From positions 5,834 to 69,833 of the forward strand of contig DASXKY010000066.1 of the NCBI GenBank assembly GCA_036496555.1: 64,000 bases of DNA. Direction: 5' to 3'. The notes under the pieces are model-generated. The model was not told the DNA's origin. It worked only from the letters and a program-made list of their open reading frames with translations, and searched no databases. The translations under genes were made by a program, and so were the position numbers. Position 1 is the first letter of the stretch, and each line of letters starts with the position of its first letter. This document shows positions 47,378-59,981 of the stretch, in pieces. This DNA comes from Burkholderiales bacterium. GTDB lineage: Bacteria > Pseudomonadota > Gammaproteobacteria > Burkholderiales > SG8-39.

Positions 47378-48285
47378 ATGAACGCTCCCGAGAAACTCAA
47401 GCAGTACGACCGCGACGCGCAGAGCGTCGGCAACATCGTCCATCTCGAGCACTTCAACGTGGTGATCCCCGACCAGCGCCTGGCGACGCTGTTCTACGTC
47501 ACCGGCCTGGGCGGCACGCGCGACCCGTATCTGTTCACCGGCCTGGAGAACATGTGGGTCAACTTCGGCCGCACGCAGGTGCACCTGCCGAGCCGCGCCG
47601 AGCCGCCGCGCGCGGAGGTGCTGCGCGGCACCGCCGGCTTCGTCGTGCCGAGTCTCGAGGAGCTGCTGAAGCGGCTTGAGCATGCCGGACACGAAATGAA
47701 GCGGGTGGCGCCGGAAATTCCCAATAAATTTGCTTTCAAAAAACTAAACAACACCGTTGAAGCCACCTGCCCCTGGGGCAACCGCGTGCGCTGCCACGAG
47801 CCTTCGGCCGAGCTCGGCCCGATCGAGCTCGGCATGGCGTACGTCGACTTCGACGTGCCGCAGGGCACAGCCGACGGCATCGCGCGCTACTACAAGGAAG
47901 TGATGCGGGCGCCCAGCAGGGTAGAGTCAGGCGCTTCGAAAGGGCGCGCCATCGTGAGCGTGGGCCGCTACCAGAAGCTGATCTTCACCGAGACCGCCGC
48001 CGCGCTGCCCGAGTACGACAACCACCACATCCAGATCTACATCGCCGACTTCGGCACGCCCTACCACTGGCTGAAGGAGCGCGACCTGATCACGATGGAG
48101 ACCGACGCCAACGAGTGGCGCTTCCAGTGGATCGTCGACCCGAAGGATGGCCGCAAGCTGTTCCAGATCGAGCACGAGGTGCGCAGCATGAAGCACCGCC
48201 TGTTCGGCCGACCGCTGGTGAACCGCAACCACGGCATCAGTAACATGACCTACGAAGCGAACTCCGATGCCTTCAGAGGAACCGT

Positions 48286-48289
<4 letters not shown>
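47378..48289 (+). CDS. Uncharacterised protein, possibly VOC/glyoxalase-fold
   Basis: 303-aa ORF 4 nt after subunit B. The N-terminal [28 protein letters not shown] resembles VOC-fold beta-alpha-beta starts, but the assignment is weak. Confidence 0.45.
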
Positions 48290-49767
<1,478 letters not shown>

Positions 49768-49774
49768 GCGGCCA

Positions 49775-49786
49775 ATTCTATAGAAT
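49775..49786. promoter_or_regulatory. 12-bp perfect palindrome ATTCTATAGAAT in the 28-bp glpK / DUF2889 divergent spacer
   Basis: Read directly from the sequence. Each half reads TAGAAT (-10-like) toward its gene, 7 nt from GTG 49767 and 9 nt from ATG 49796. Confidence 0.45.
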
Positions 49787-49795
49787 GCGCCCCTT

Positions 49796-50338
49796 ATGCC
49801 ATTGCCCGTCATCGAAGTGGAGCGCGAGCTCACCCATACCCGCCGCGTCCGCTACGAGGGCTACAAGCGCGCCGACGGCCTGTGGGATATCGAGGCGCAC
49901 CTCTCGGACACCAAGAACCACGACTACCGCCTGAAGACCGGCGTGCGCCGCGCCGGGCAGGCGATCCACGACATGTGGCTGCGGGTGACGATCGACCGGG
50001 CGTTCGTGATCCGCGGCGCGACGGCCTCGTCCGATGCCGTGCCTTATCCCGGCGGCTGCGACGCCATCGCGCCGGCCTACCGGAAGCTGGTCGGCTTGAG
50101 CCTGATCAAGGATTTCCGCCGCAAAACGCGCGAAGTTCTGGGCGGCGTGCAGGGGTGCACGCACCTCACCGAGATGCTGGGCGGCCTGCCGACCGCGGCG
50201 ATCCAGACCTTCGCCGGCGAGATGAGCGAAGACAGGGAGGACGGCAGCAAGCCGTTCCAGCTCGACCAGTGCCACGCGCTCGACACGAGCGGCGGCACGG
50301 TCAAACAGTGGTATCCGAAATGGCATAGAGCAAAATGA
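49796..50338 (+). CDS. DUF2889 domain protein
   Basis: 180 aa with [22 protein letters not shown]. The stop overlaps the sucC ATG (ATGA). Confidence 0.65.
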   Translation: MPLPVIEVERELTHTRRVRYEGYKRADGLWDIEAHLSDTKNHDYRLKTGVRRAGQAIHDMWLRVTIDRAFVIRGATASSDAVPYPGGCDAIAPAYRKLVGLSLIKDFRRKTREVLGGVQGCTHLTEMLGGLPTAAIQTFAGEMSEDREDGSKPFQLDQCHALDTSGGTVKQWYPKWHRAK

Positions 50339-51566
50339 AAATCCACGAGCACCAGGGCAAGGAAATCTTCCGCAAGTTCGGCATCACGACGCCGCGCGGC
50401 TTCCCCGCTTTCAGCGTCGATGAAGCCGTCGAGGCGGCGAAGAAGCTCGGCGGCAGCGTCTGGGTGGTCAAGGCGCAGATCCACGCCGGCGGCCGCGGCA
50501 AGGGCGGCGGAGTAAAGGTCGCGAAGTCGGTGGATGAAGTTCGAAAATTTGCTGCTTCCATTTTGGGGATGCAGCTCAAAACCCATCAAACGGGACCGCA
50601 GGGCCAGAAAGTCAGGCGCCTGTTGATTGAAGAAGGCGCCGACATCAAGAAGGAGCTGTACCTTGGCATGGTGGTCGACCGCGGCACGCAGAAGGTCGCG
50701 TTGATGGCCTCTTCCGAGGGCGGCATGGACATCGAGGAAGTCGCCGCCCACACGCCCGAGAAGATCCACAAGGTCTTCATCGATCCGGCGACGGGCCTCA
50801 AGGATGACGAAGCAAGGGGCGTGGCGAAAAAGATCGGCATCCCCGACTCCGCCCTTGCCGAAGCCGGAGCGCTTTTCAAAAACCTGTACCGCTGCTTCTG
50901 GGATACCGATGCCTCGCTTGCGGAGATCAACCCTCTCATCCTGAACGGAGCCGGCAAGGTCATCGCGCTCGACTCGAAGATGAACTTCGACGACAACGCG
51001 CTGTTTCGCCACCCCGACATCGTGGCGATGCGCGACCTCGACGAGGAGGACCGGTTCGAGATCGAGGCCTCGAAGTACGACCTCAACTACATCTCGCTCG
51101 AGGGCAACATCGCCTGCATGGTGAACGGCGCCGGCCTCGCCATGGCGACGATGGACACGGTGAAGCTGTTCGGCGGCTCGCCGGCCAACTTCCTCGACGT
51201 CGGCGGCGGCGCGACCGCGGAGAAGGTCACCGCGGCGTTCAAGATCATGCTCTCCAACCCGAAGGTGAAGGCGATCCTCGTCAACATCTTCGGTGGCATC
51301 ATGAAGTGCGACACCATCGCGACCGGCGTGGTCGCGGCGGCGCGCGAGGTCAAGCTGTCGATCCCGCTGGTGGTGCGCATGAAGGGCACCAACGAGGACC
51401 TCGGCAAGAAGATCCTCAAGGACTCCGGCCTGCCGATCATCTCGGCCGACAACATGGCGCAGGCCGGCCAGAAAGTGGTCGCCGCGATCGCGAAGAAGAA
51501 AAAGCCTGCGGCGAAGAAAAAATCCAAACCGGCGAAGAAGAAAAAGCCGGTGAAGAGGAAAAAGAA

Positions 51567-51570
<4 letters not shown>
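50335..51570 (+). CDS. sucC: Succinate--CoA ligase beta subunit with poly-Lys C-terminal extension
   Basis: [17 protein letters not shown]... is collinear with E. coli SucC up to QKVVAAI. It then continues [26 protein letters not shown]. Confidence 0.95.
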
Positions 51571-52451
<881 letters not shown>

Positions 52452-54472
52452 TCCGCCTTCCGCTCGCCGCCGCGCTGCCGTACGCGGCGACGATCTTCCT
52501 TTCGTCGTTCCTGCTGTTCCTGGTGCAGCCGGTGATCGCCAAGCAGATCCTGCCCTGGTTCGGCGGCTCAGCGGGCGTCTGGACTACCTGCATGGTGTTC
52601 TTCCAGACCCTCCTGCTGGCGGGCTACGGCTACGCCGACCTGACGATGCGCCTCGGCGCGCGCCGCCAGGCGATGCTGCATGTCGCGCTGCTCGGCGCGT
52701 CGCTGCTGTTCCTGCCGATCCTCGCCTCGAGCGGCTGGAAGCCGCAGGGCGACGAGGAGCCGATCGGCCGCATCCTGCTGCTGCTGCTCGCTACCATCGG
52801 GCTGCCGTACTTCCTGCTCTCCAGCACCACGCCGCTGCTGCAGGCCTGGTACTACCGGCGCTGGCACGCCGCCGTGCCGTATCGCCTGTTCGCGCTTTCC
52901 AACTTCGCCTCGCTGCTCGCGCTGCTCGGCTTTCCGCTGATCTTCGAGCCGGCGTTCGACCTGAATACGCTCGGCTGGGCATGGTCGTTCCTGTATGCCG
53001 GGTTCGTCGTCCTGTGCGGCACCGTCGCGCTGATGTCGGGGAACGGGGCCGCGGTTTCTCAAAAGAAGAACGTTTCCGAGAAACCAAAAGGCAAGCAGCA
53101 GATGCTCTGGCTCGCGCTCTCCGCCATGGGCTCGGTGATGCTGCTCGCGGTCACCAACCACATCACGCAGAACATCGCGAGCGTGCCGTTCCTGTGGGTG
53201 CTGCCGCTGGCGCTGTACCTGATCACCTTCATCCTCGCCTTCGACCATCCGCGCTGGTACCTGCGGCCCGCGTTCCTCGCCGCGCTGGTGGTCCTGCTGC
53301 CGCTGATGGCGTGGTACGTGCCCTCGCTCGACCTGAAGATCGCCGTGCCGCTTTATCTCGCCGGCATGTTCGTCGCGTGCATGGTGTGCCACGGCGAGCT
53401 GTCGCGGCTGCGGCCGGACCCGGCGCACCTGACGCGCTTCTTCCTGATGATCTCGGTCGGCGGCGCGCTCGGCGCCGTGCTGGTGGCGATCGTGGCGCCG
53501 CTCGCGCTGCCGGGCTACTTCGAGCTCGGCATCGCACTGGTGGCGCTCGCCGCGGTCCTCAGCGTCAGCCTGAAGAAGCTGTTCCGCCTCGTCGCAGTCG
53601 CCACCACCGTGGCGACTGCGTTCTTCGTGGTGCGCGGTGCGCAGGACTACACGAGGGGCGTGCGCGTCATGGAGCGCGATTTCTACGGCGTCGTGCGCAC
53701 GGTCGACTTCTACGAGCCGGTCGCCTACCGCTCGATGTACCACGGGCCCATCATGCACGGCGGCCAGCTGCTCGGTTACTCGTTCCGCAACACGCCCGCC
53801 GACTACTTCAGCCCCGGCTCGGGCTACGGCCGCGTGTTCCGCTCCATCCGCGCGGTGCACGCGAAGAAGGGGCTCAACGTCGGCGTGATCGGCCTCGGCG
53901 CGGGCGTCATCGGCGCCTGGATGCGGCCGGGCGACACGCTGGTGTTCTACGAGATCAGCCCGCGCGTGGTCGACATCGCCAAGCGCGAGTTCACCTACCT
54001 GCACGACACGCCGGCGCGTACCGAGGTGGTGATGGGCGACGGCCGCCTGTCGCTCGAGCGCGAGCCGCCGCGCGGCTACGACGTGCTCGGCATCGACGCC
54101 TTCTCCGGCGACTCGATCCCGATGCACCTCATCACGCGCGAGGCGATGGCGATCTACGTCAGGCACCTCAAGCCCGACGGCGTGATCGTGTTCCAGGCCA
54201 CCAACCGCTTCATCGACCTGCTGCCGGTGGTGAAGCGCCTCGCCGCCGAGTTCGGCATGGAGGCAGTCAACGTCTCCGACTCGCCCTCCGGCGAAGAGGG
54301 TCCGGAGTACTGGTACTCCGCCACCGACCAGGTCATAGTCACGCGCAACAAGAAGCTGCTCGCCGCGCCCCTCATCGCCGACGGCGCCGACGCGATCGAG
54401 GACCGGCAGGACCTGCCGATCTTCACGGATTCGCATCACAATCTGCTCAGGATCCTGAAGTAGAATTTTCCG

Positions 54473-55291
54473 GTGGAGCTGAAGCTCAAGCAGGTGGACG
54501 TCTTCACCGACCGCCCTTTCCTCGGTAATCCCGTCGCCGTGGTCTTCGGCGGCGAGGCACTCGATACCGCGGCCATGCTGCGCATCGCGAACTGGACCAA
54601 TCTCTCCGAGACTACCTTCCTCCTGCCGTCAAAGGCCGCCGACTACAAGCTGCGCATCTTCACGCCCCGGCTCGAGCTGCCCTTCGCCGGCCACCCAACT
54701 ATCGGCAGCGCCTACGCCGCGATCGAGTCCGGCTTCGCCAAGCCGGTGGACGGCAAGCTGCAGCAGGAATGCCGCGCCGGGATCGTGGACCTGAAGGTGG
54801 AGGCGGGCGGCCGCATCTTCCTCAAGTCCCCCGAGGCAAAGATCGCCGACGTGCGCGGCAAGCTGCCGTTCGCGAAGAAGCTCCTGCGCGTCGACGTCGG
54901 CCCGGTCTGGATCGTCGGCGAGGCGGAGAGCGCCGAGGCGCTCGCGGCGCTGAAACCCGACCAGGCCGCGATCGCCCAGTTCACCACCGACCTCGAGGCG
55001 ACCGGGGTCACCGTCTTCGCCGAGTCGAAGGACGGCGAATCGAAGATCCACGTGCGCACCTTCGCCCCGCTGTTCGGCATTCCCGAGGATCCGGTGTGCG
55101 GCAGCTGCAACATCAGCGTCGCCGCCTACCTGAAGGCGACCAACCAGGTCGACCGTTTCGGCTATCACTACACCGCCCGCCAGGGCATGCAGATGGGTCG
55201 CGACGGCCGCGTCTACGTCCGCATCGACATCGACGGCATCCGCATCGGCGGCGACGCGGTGACCTGCGTGGAAGGAACCTTAAGAACCTGA
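54473..55291 (+). CDS. PhzF-family isomerase-like protein
   Basis: GTG 54473. VDVFTDRPFLGNPVAVV...NLSETTFLLP...FTPRLELPFAGHPTIGS. Confidence 0.8.
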   Translation: MELKLKQVDVFTDRPFLGNPVAVVFGGEALDTAAMLRIANWTNLSETTFLLPSKAADYKLRIFTPRLELPFAGHPTIGSAYAAIESGFAKPVDGKLQQECRAGIVDLKVEAGGRIFLKSPEAKIADVRGKLPFAKKLLRVDVGPVWIVGEAESAEALAALKPDQAAIAQFTTDLEATGVTVFAESKDGESKIHVRTFAPLFGIPEDPVCGSCNISVAAYLKATNQVDRFGYHYTARQGMQMGRDGRVYVRIDIDGIRIGGDAVTCVEGTLRT

Positions 55292-58066
55292 GTCGGGTTC
55301 GCCGCAGCGTTTCAGAATTTCGGCGCGCACCTCGTCGCGCAGCTTCACCACCGCGTTCCAGTCGCTCCCCGCGGGCTGCACCGGCGGCGCGAGGTTCACC
55401 GTCACCGGGCTGCGGCGCAGGAACCACGTGCCTTCGCGCAGCACGGAGCGCGCGCCGCGGATCGCCGCCGGCGCTACCGGCGCGCCGGCCTGCGCTGCGG
55501 CCTGGAATCCGCCGGCGCGGAACGGCATCAGGCCGGCCTGGCGCTGGAAGGTGCCCTCCGGGAAGACGATCAGCGACACGCCGCGCTTCACCGCCGCGGT
55601 CAGCTCGTCGACATGCTCGACGCTCTTCTGCACATCGAAGCGCTCGACGAACTCGGCGCCGAGGCCGGCGACGATTACACGCGTGACCAGGTTTGCCTTC
55701 AGCTCGCGCTTGGCGACGAAAGCGAAGGGTCGCCCGGCGAGCGCCGCCAGCAGCGCCACCCCGTCGAGGTAGCTGGTGTGGTTGACGGCGAGCACGCAGG
55801 GAGCGGCAGGCAGGTTCTCCAGCCCGCGCGCCACGAACGGGATGCGCGCAAGGCGGAAGAAAAGCCGGGCGCACTTGCCCGTGACGCGCCACGCGGGCGC
55901 GCCCGGGATGATCCAGCAAGACAGGAATACGAGCGGAAACAGCATGCCGATCACCGCCCAGGCCCGCGCGGCGAAGAGCAGGCCGCGCGCGGTGCGCCAG
56001 CCGCGCCGCAGTTGGGGGCCGACGCCGGCCAGCCCCAGGTGCACGAACTGCAGCCACACTGCCCGCGGCTTCACCGCCCGCGGCCCGCGCTCGTAGTACT
56101 CGCGCGCCGCGACGCGCCGGATCTTGCCGCTCGAGGTCTTCGGCACCGTGGCCGGCGGCGCGAGCACGATGTCGTCGGCCGGCCCGGCGATCAGGCTTAC
56201 GGCGAGGGCGCTGATCTTCTTCTTGAGCTCCTGGTGCAGCGCCGGATCCTGCTCGCGCGTCTCAGCGAGCACCACCACCCGCTCGGTACCGCTCGCGCGG
56301 TCCATCGAGCCGAACACCGCGACGCAGCCGCGGCGGATGCCAGGAAGGTCGCCGACCGCCTCCTCGAGCTCGTAGGGGCTGATGTTGCGGCCGCCGCGGA
56401 TGATGATGTCCTTCTCGCGGCCGGTGATGTACAGCATGCCGTCGGCGAGGTAGGCGCGGTCGCCGCTGTTCAGCCAGCCGCCGCCGGCGAAGAGCGCCTT
56501 GGTCGCTTCGGGGTTGTGGTAGTAGCCGGTGGTCGCCGAGGGGCCGCGGAACTGCAGCGCACCCTCGTAGCGGTCGGGCAGCTCGAGCCCGGCGCCGTCG
56601 ACCACGCGCACGTCGTGCGCGGCAATCGGATGGCCGCAGCCCACCACCCTGAGCGGCGAAGGATCGCCCGGCGCCGCGTCGACCGCCTCGCCGCTCGCGC
56701 TGAAGGTGTCGCGGTCGAGCGTGTCGACGCGCCATGGCTCGCCCATCGGGGTGAAGGCGAGGCCGACCGAGCACTCCGCCAGGCCGTAGCAGGGGTTCAT
56801 GGCGGTCTGCGGAAACCCGTGACGCGAGAATCGATCGCCGAAGGCGGTCATCGTCTCCGGGCTCACCGGCTCGGCGCCGTTGAAGGCGAAGCGCCAGCTG
56901 GAGAGGTCGATGCCTTCCATTTCTTTTTCTTCTGTTCTTCTGATGCATAACTCATAAGAAAAATTCGGCCCGCCGGAGATCGTGCCGCGGTGGCGGTGGA
57001 TCGCGCGCAGCCACGAGCTCGGCCGCGAGAGGAAAGCGAGCGGCGACATCAGCACCACCGGGAAGCCGAGGAACATCGTAGCGAAGCAGCCGCCGATCAG
57101 GCCCATGTCGTGGTAGAGCGGCAACCAGCTCACGAACACATCGGCGGGCCCGGCGTTCACCGCCTTGCCCATCGCCTGCACGTTGGCGAGCAGGTTCTCG
57201 TGCGTGAGCACGACGCCCTTCGGGTTGCCGGTGCTGCCCGAGGTGTACTGCAGGAAGCCGATGTGCCCGCCGCGCCCCTTCACGGGGCTAAAGCTTGAAT
57301 TCGAATTCGATTCGAAGTCACTTGGTGTCAGAACGGATCTGAGAGATTCGACCTGAGCACGAAGCAGGTAAGCGAGCGGCTTCGCCTCGGCAACGGTGAT
57401 CATGATCGTCGCGCCGGCGCTCTTCAGGATGCCGACGTGGCGCGTCATGTGATCTTCGATGGTGGTGAGGCGCGCAGGCGGGTAGAGCGGCACCGGCACC
57501 CCGCCGGCGAGCAGCGTGCCGTAGAAGGAGAACAGATATTCCTTCGAGGTCGGCAGCATGATCGCCACCATCTGCCCCGGCTGCAGGCCCTCTTCCGCGA
57601 GCCGCGCTGCGTACGCCAGCGAGCCGTCGTAGAGCGCCTGGTATGTGATCGGCGTCTCTTTCTTCTCCTCGTAGAGGAATACCGTCAGGCGATCGGGCTG
57701 CTTTTCGACGTGGTATTCGAGCGCCTCGGTAAGCGTCTGCGCATGAACCGGCGGCCGCACGCCCTCTGACTGCACCAGGCTCGCCACGCTGCGGTCGGCG
57801 GCGTGCGGCGCTTGGCCGGCGCCGGCGAGGAGGAAGCGCAGCAGATCGCGCGGCGTCTCGGCGGTGGCGAGCGCCTGCTCCGGCAGGCTCACGCCGAACT
57901 CGCGCTCGAGGCGCAGCACCACCTCGACGCGCGCCAGGCTGTCGAGGCCGAGGTCGCGCTCGAGCGAGCTGTCGAGCGCGACGTAGGCGTCGACGTTAGG
58001 GCGCGCCTCGCGCGCGACTTGCTGCACGAGCGCGAGCATGCGATTCGCGTCGACTGGGGAATCCAT
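55280..58066 (-). CDS. Tri-domain protein: acyl-carrier domain + fatty-acyl-AMP ligase-like adenylation domain + 2 TM + PlsC-type acyltransferase
   Basis: ATG 58066 (MDSPVDANRML). Carrier motif DLGLDSLARVEVV. Adenylation motifs LQYTSGSTGNPKGVVLTH, YGLAE, GWLNSGDRAY and SSGKIRR. Acyltransferase motifs NHTSYLDG and VFPEGT. Confidence 0.8.
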   Translation of the reverse strand: MDSPVDANRMLALVQQVAREARPNVDAYVALDSSLERDLGLDSLARVEVVLRLEREFGVSLPEQALATAETPRDLLRFLLAGAGQAPHAADRSVASLVQSEGVRPPVHAQTLTEALEYHVEKQPDRLTVFLYEEKKETPITYQALYDGSLAYAARLAEEGLQPGQMVAIMLPTSKEYLFSFYGTLLAGGVPVPLYPPARLTTIEDHMTRHVGILKSAGATIMITVAEAKPLAYLLRAQVESLRSVLTPSDFESNSNSSFSPVKGRGGHIGFLQYTSGSTGNPKGVVLTHENLLANVQAMGKAVNAGPADVFVSWLPLYHDMGLIGGCFATMFLGFPVVLMSPLAFLSRPSSWLRAIHRHRGTISGGPNFSYELCIRRTEEKEMEGIDLSSWRFAFNGAEPVSPETMTAFGDRFSRHGFPQTAMNPCYGLAECSVGLAFTPMGEPWRVDTLDRDTFSASGEAVDAAPGDPSPLRVVGCGHPIAAHDVRVVDGAGLELPDRYEGALQFRGPSATTGYYHNPEATKALFAGGGWLNSGDRAYLADGMLYITGREKDIIIRGGRNISPYELEEAVGDLPGIRRGCVAVFGSMDRASGTERVVVLAETREQDPALHQELKKKISALAVSLIAGPADDIVLAPPATVPKTSSGKIRRVAAREYYERGPRAVKPRAVWLQFVHLGLAGVGPQLRRGWRTARGLLFAARAWAVIGMLFPLVFLSCWIIPGAPAWRVTGKCARLFFRLARIPFVARGLENLPAAPCVLAVNHTSYLDGVALLAALAGRPFAFVAKRELKANLVTRVIVAGLGAEFVERFDVQKSVEHVDELTAAVKRGVSLIVFPEGTFQRQAGLMPFRAGGFQAAAQAGAPVAPAAIRGARSVLREGTWFLRRSPVTVNLAPPVQPAGSDWNAVVKLRDEVRAEILKRCGEPDSGS

Positions 58067-58074
58067 GGCGTCGG

Positions 58075-58088
58075 CGAGTGTACACTCG
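58075..58088. promoter_or_regulatory. 14-bp perfect palindrome CGAGTGTACACTCG in a 43-bp divergent spacer
   Basis: Read directly from the sequence, between ATG 58066 (minus strand) and ATG 58110 (plus strand). Confidence 0.4.
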
Positions 58089-58109
58089 GGTTCCAAGGGG
58101 GGATTCGAA

Positions 58110-59183
58110 ATGAGAATGAGCCTGCCGGCCAGCGCGCTGCTCGCGTTTTCCTTTTCCGCCGCGGCGGCCGACACCGGCGCGCTATGGGAGATCACCTCAC
58201 AGATGAACATGCCGGGCATGCCGGCCGGCATGGGCGCGCGCACCAACCGCGTCTGCCAGGGCGACGATCCCGAGCGGCAGCAGGGCAAGGAGCGCTCGGA
58301 CTGCAAAGTCACCGACAAGAAGACGACGGCCACGCGCACCCAGCTCACGCTGGTGTGCAAGGACGGCGGCACGATGACCATCGACCAGACCTACAACGCC
58401 GCGCGCACCGAGTTCAAGGGTGTGATGGCCATGAAGTCGAGCAAGGGCGACGTCACCATCAACACCACCGGTCGCAAAGTGGGCACCTGCGACGCGGTCG
58501 CGGAGCGCAAGGCGCGCGACGCCAAGATGGACGACATGAAGAAGCAGGTCGTAGCGGGCCAGGCGGCGGCCGCCGCGTCGATGAAGGATGCGAATGACCG
58601 GCAGATCAAGCAGTGCTCCGAGGCGCTGGAGAAGATGGACTGGCACGGCTTCGGCATGTATGCCACCTGCTACAAGAAGCAGGGCGACAAGAACTGCGCC
58701 TTCATGGACGCGCAGGCCAAGAACCAGCCGGGAGCGACCAAGGCCTGCAACGCCGGCCTGGGCGAGTTCTGCAAGCGCTTCCAGGGCGCCGAGGGCTTCA
58801 TGCGGACGAAGAACAGGGAGGACGCGGCGAAGATGTGCGGCGTCACCATCGATTCGATCAAGACCGCGCAGTGCCCGCGCGTGGCGAAGACGCAGTCGCC
58901 ACTCTCCTTCCTCGGCGGCTATTGCCCGGTCGAAGCGAAGCCGATCGCGCAGGAGAACTGCACCGGCCGCGACTACACCTCGAAGATGGGCGGCAAGTAC
59001 GCCGCGTTCTGCCAGCACTACCTCGCGAATGCCGATTTCGACAAGCCGCGCGGCGGCTCGGGATCCGCGGCCGCGGCAACCGTGCCGGCGCAGGACAAGA
59101 CGGCGGGGCAGAAATCCGCCGACGCGGTCAAGGAGGGCGTCAGCCAAGGGGTGAACAAGCTGAAAGGACTGTTCGGCCGGTAG
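58110..59183 (+). CDS. Secreted DUF3617-like protein with Cys-rich C-terminal extension
   Basis: Signal peptide MRMSLPASALLAFSFSAAAA. GALWEITSQMNMPGMPAG...RVC is DUF3617-like. The C-terminal ~200 aa contain more than 10 Cys. Confidence 0.6.
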   Translation: MRMSLPASALLAFSFSAAAADTGALWEITSQMNMPGMPAGMGARTNRVCQGDDPERQQGKERSDCKVTDKKTTATRTQLTLVCKDGGTMTIDQTYNAARTEFKGVMAMKSSKGDVTINTTGRKVGTCDAVAERKARDAKMDDMKKQVVAGQAAAAASMKDANDRQIKQCSEALEKMDWHGFGMYATCYKKQGDKNCAFMDAQAKNQPGATKACNAGLGEFCKRFQGAEGFMRTKNREDAAKMCGVTIDSIKTAQCPRVAKTQSPLSFLGGYCPVEAKPIAQENCTGRDYTSKMGGKYAAFCQHYLANADFDKPRGGSGSAAAATVPAQDKTAGQKSADAVKEGVSQGVNKLKGLFGR

Positions 59184-59981
59184 ATGCTCCGGCTCCTCCT
59201 CGCCGCCGCCTTCCTCGCGCCGGGCGCGGCGCGGGCGGCGGACGATCCCGCGCACGATCCCTATCCGTGGATCGGCGCCGCCTACGTGGTGAAGCGCGAC
59301 GGCGCGCTGCTGTGGGCCGGCTCCGCCGACCGGAGTCTGCCACCGGCGAGCCTCGCGAAAATGATGACCGCGCTGCTCGCGCTCGAGCGCGGCAGGCTCG
59401 ACGAGCCGGTGACGGTGGGGAAGGGCGTCCTCCAGGAAACCGGCACTCGCATGGGCCTCAAGCCGGGCGAGACGCTGCGCGCCGGGGATCTTCTCGCCGC
59501 GACCGTCGTACGCTCCGCGAACGACGCGTGTCGTTCGCTCGCGGAATCTTTCGGGCCTTCCGTAGACGAATTCGCATCCAGGATGAATGCGCGTGCCGCA
59601 GCCCTGGGCATGAAGAACACCCATTTCGTCGAGCCGTGCGGGCATGATCGCGAGGGGCAGTACGCGAGCGCCGCCGACTTGGTCCTGCTCGCCGAGCAGG
59701 TGATGAGGCATGACGAGTACCTGCGCCTTTCAAGGCTGGCGAAGGTCTCTTTCAGGACGCTTGAAGGGCGCGCGTTCACGCTACGCAATACCAACGCACT
59801 GATCGGCCGCTATGACGGAGCGATCGGCCTGAAGACCGGCTACACGCAGGGCGCCGGCAATTGCCTGGTCGCGCTCGCCGAGCGCGACGGCGTACGCGTG
59901 CTGGCGGTGCTGCTGAACGCGCCCAACCGCTGGTGGAACGCGGTGGGGCTGCTCGACCGCGCGTTCGCCGCGCCGCGATGA
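59184..59981 (+). CDS. D-alanyl-D-alanine carboxypeptidase (S11, PBP5/6-like catalytic domain only)
   Basis: SLAKMMT (SxxK), SAND (SxN) and KTGYT (KTG). The ATG immediately follows the upstream TAG. Confidence 0.8.
   Translation: MLRLLLAAAFLAPGAARAADDPAHDPYPWIGAAYVVKRDGALLWAGSADRSLPPASLAKMMTALLALERGRLDEPVTVGKGVLQETGTRMGLKPGETLRAGDLLAATVVRSANDACRSLAESFGPSVDEFASRMNARAAALGMKNTHFVEPCGHDREGQYASAADLVLLAEQVMRHDEYLRLSRLAKVSFRTLEGRAFTLRNTNALIGRYDGAIGLKTGYTQGAGNCLVALAERDGVRVLAVLLNAPNRWWNAVGLLDRAFAAPR

Noticed and set aside
57291-57308. A polylinker-like string AAGCTTGAATTCGAATTC (HindIII-EcoRI-EcoRI) inside an AT-rich patch, which at first suggested vector contamination or engineering.
   Set aside because: It is in frame within the adenylation-domain gene, encoding ...DFESNSNSSFSP.... 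It reflects a short TCGAAT x2 (Ser-Asn) repeat. The flanking sequence is continuous coding sequence, and no other vector-like sequence is present.
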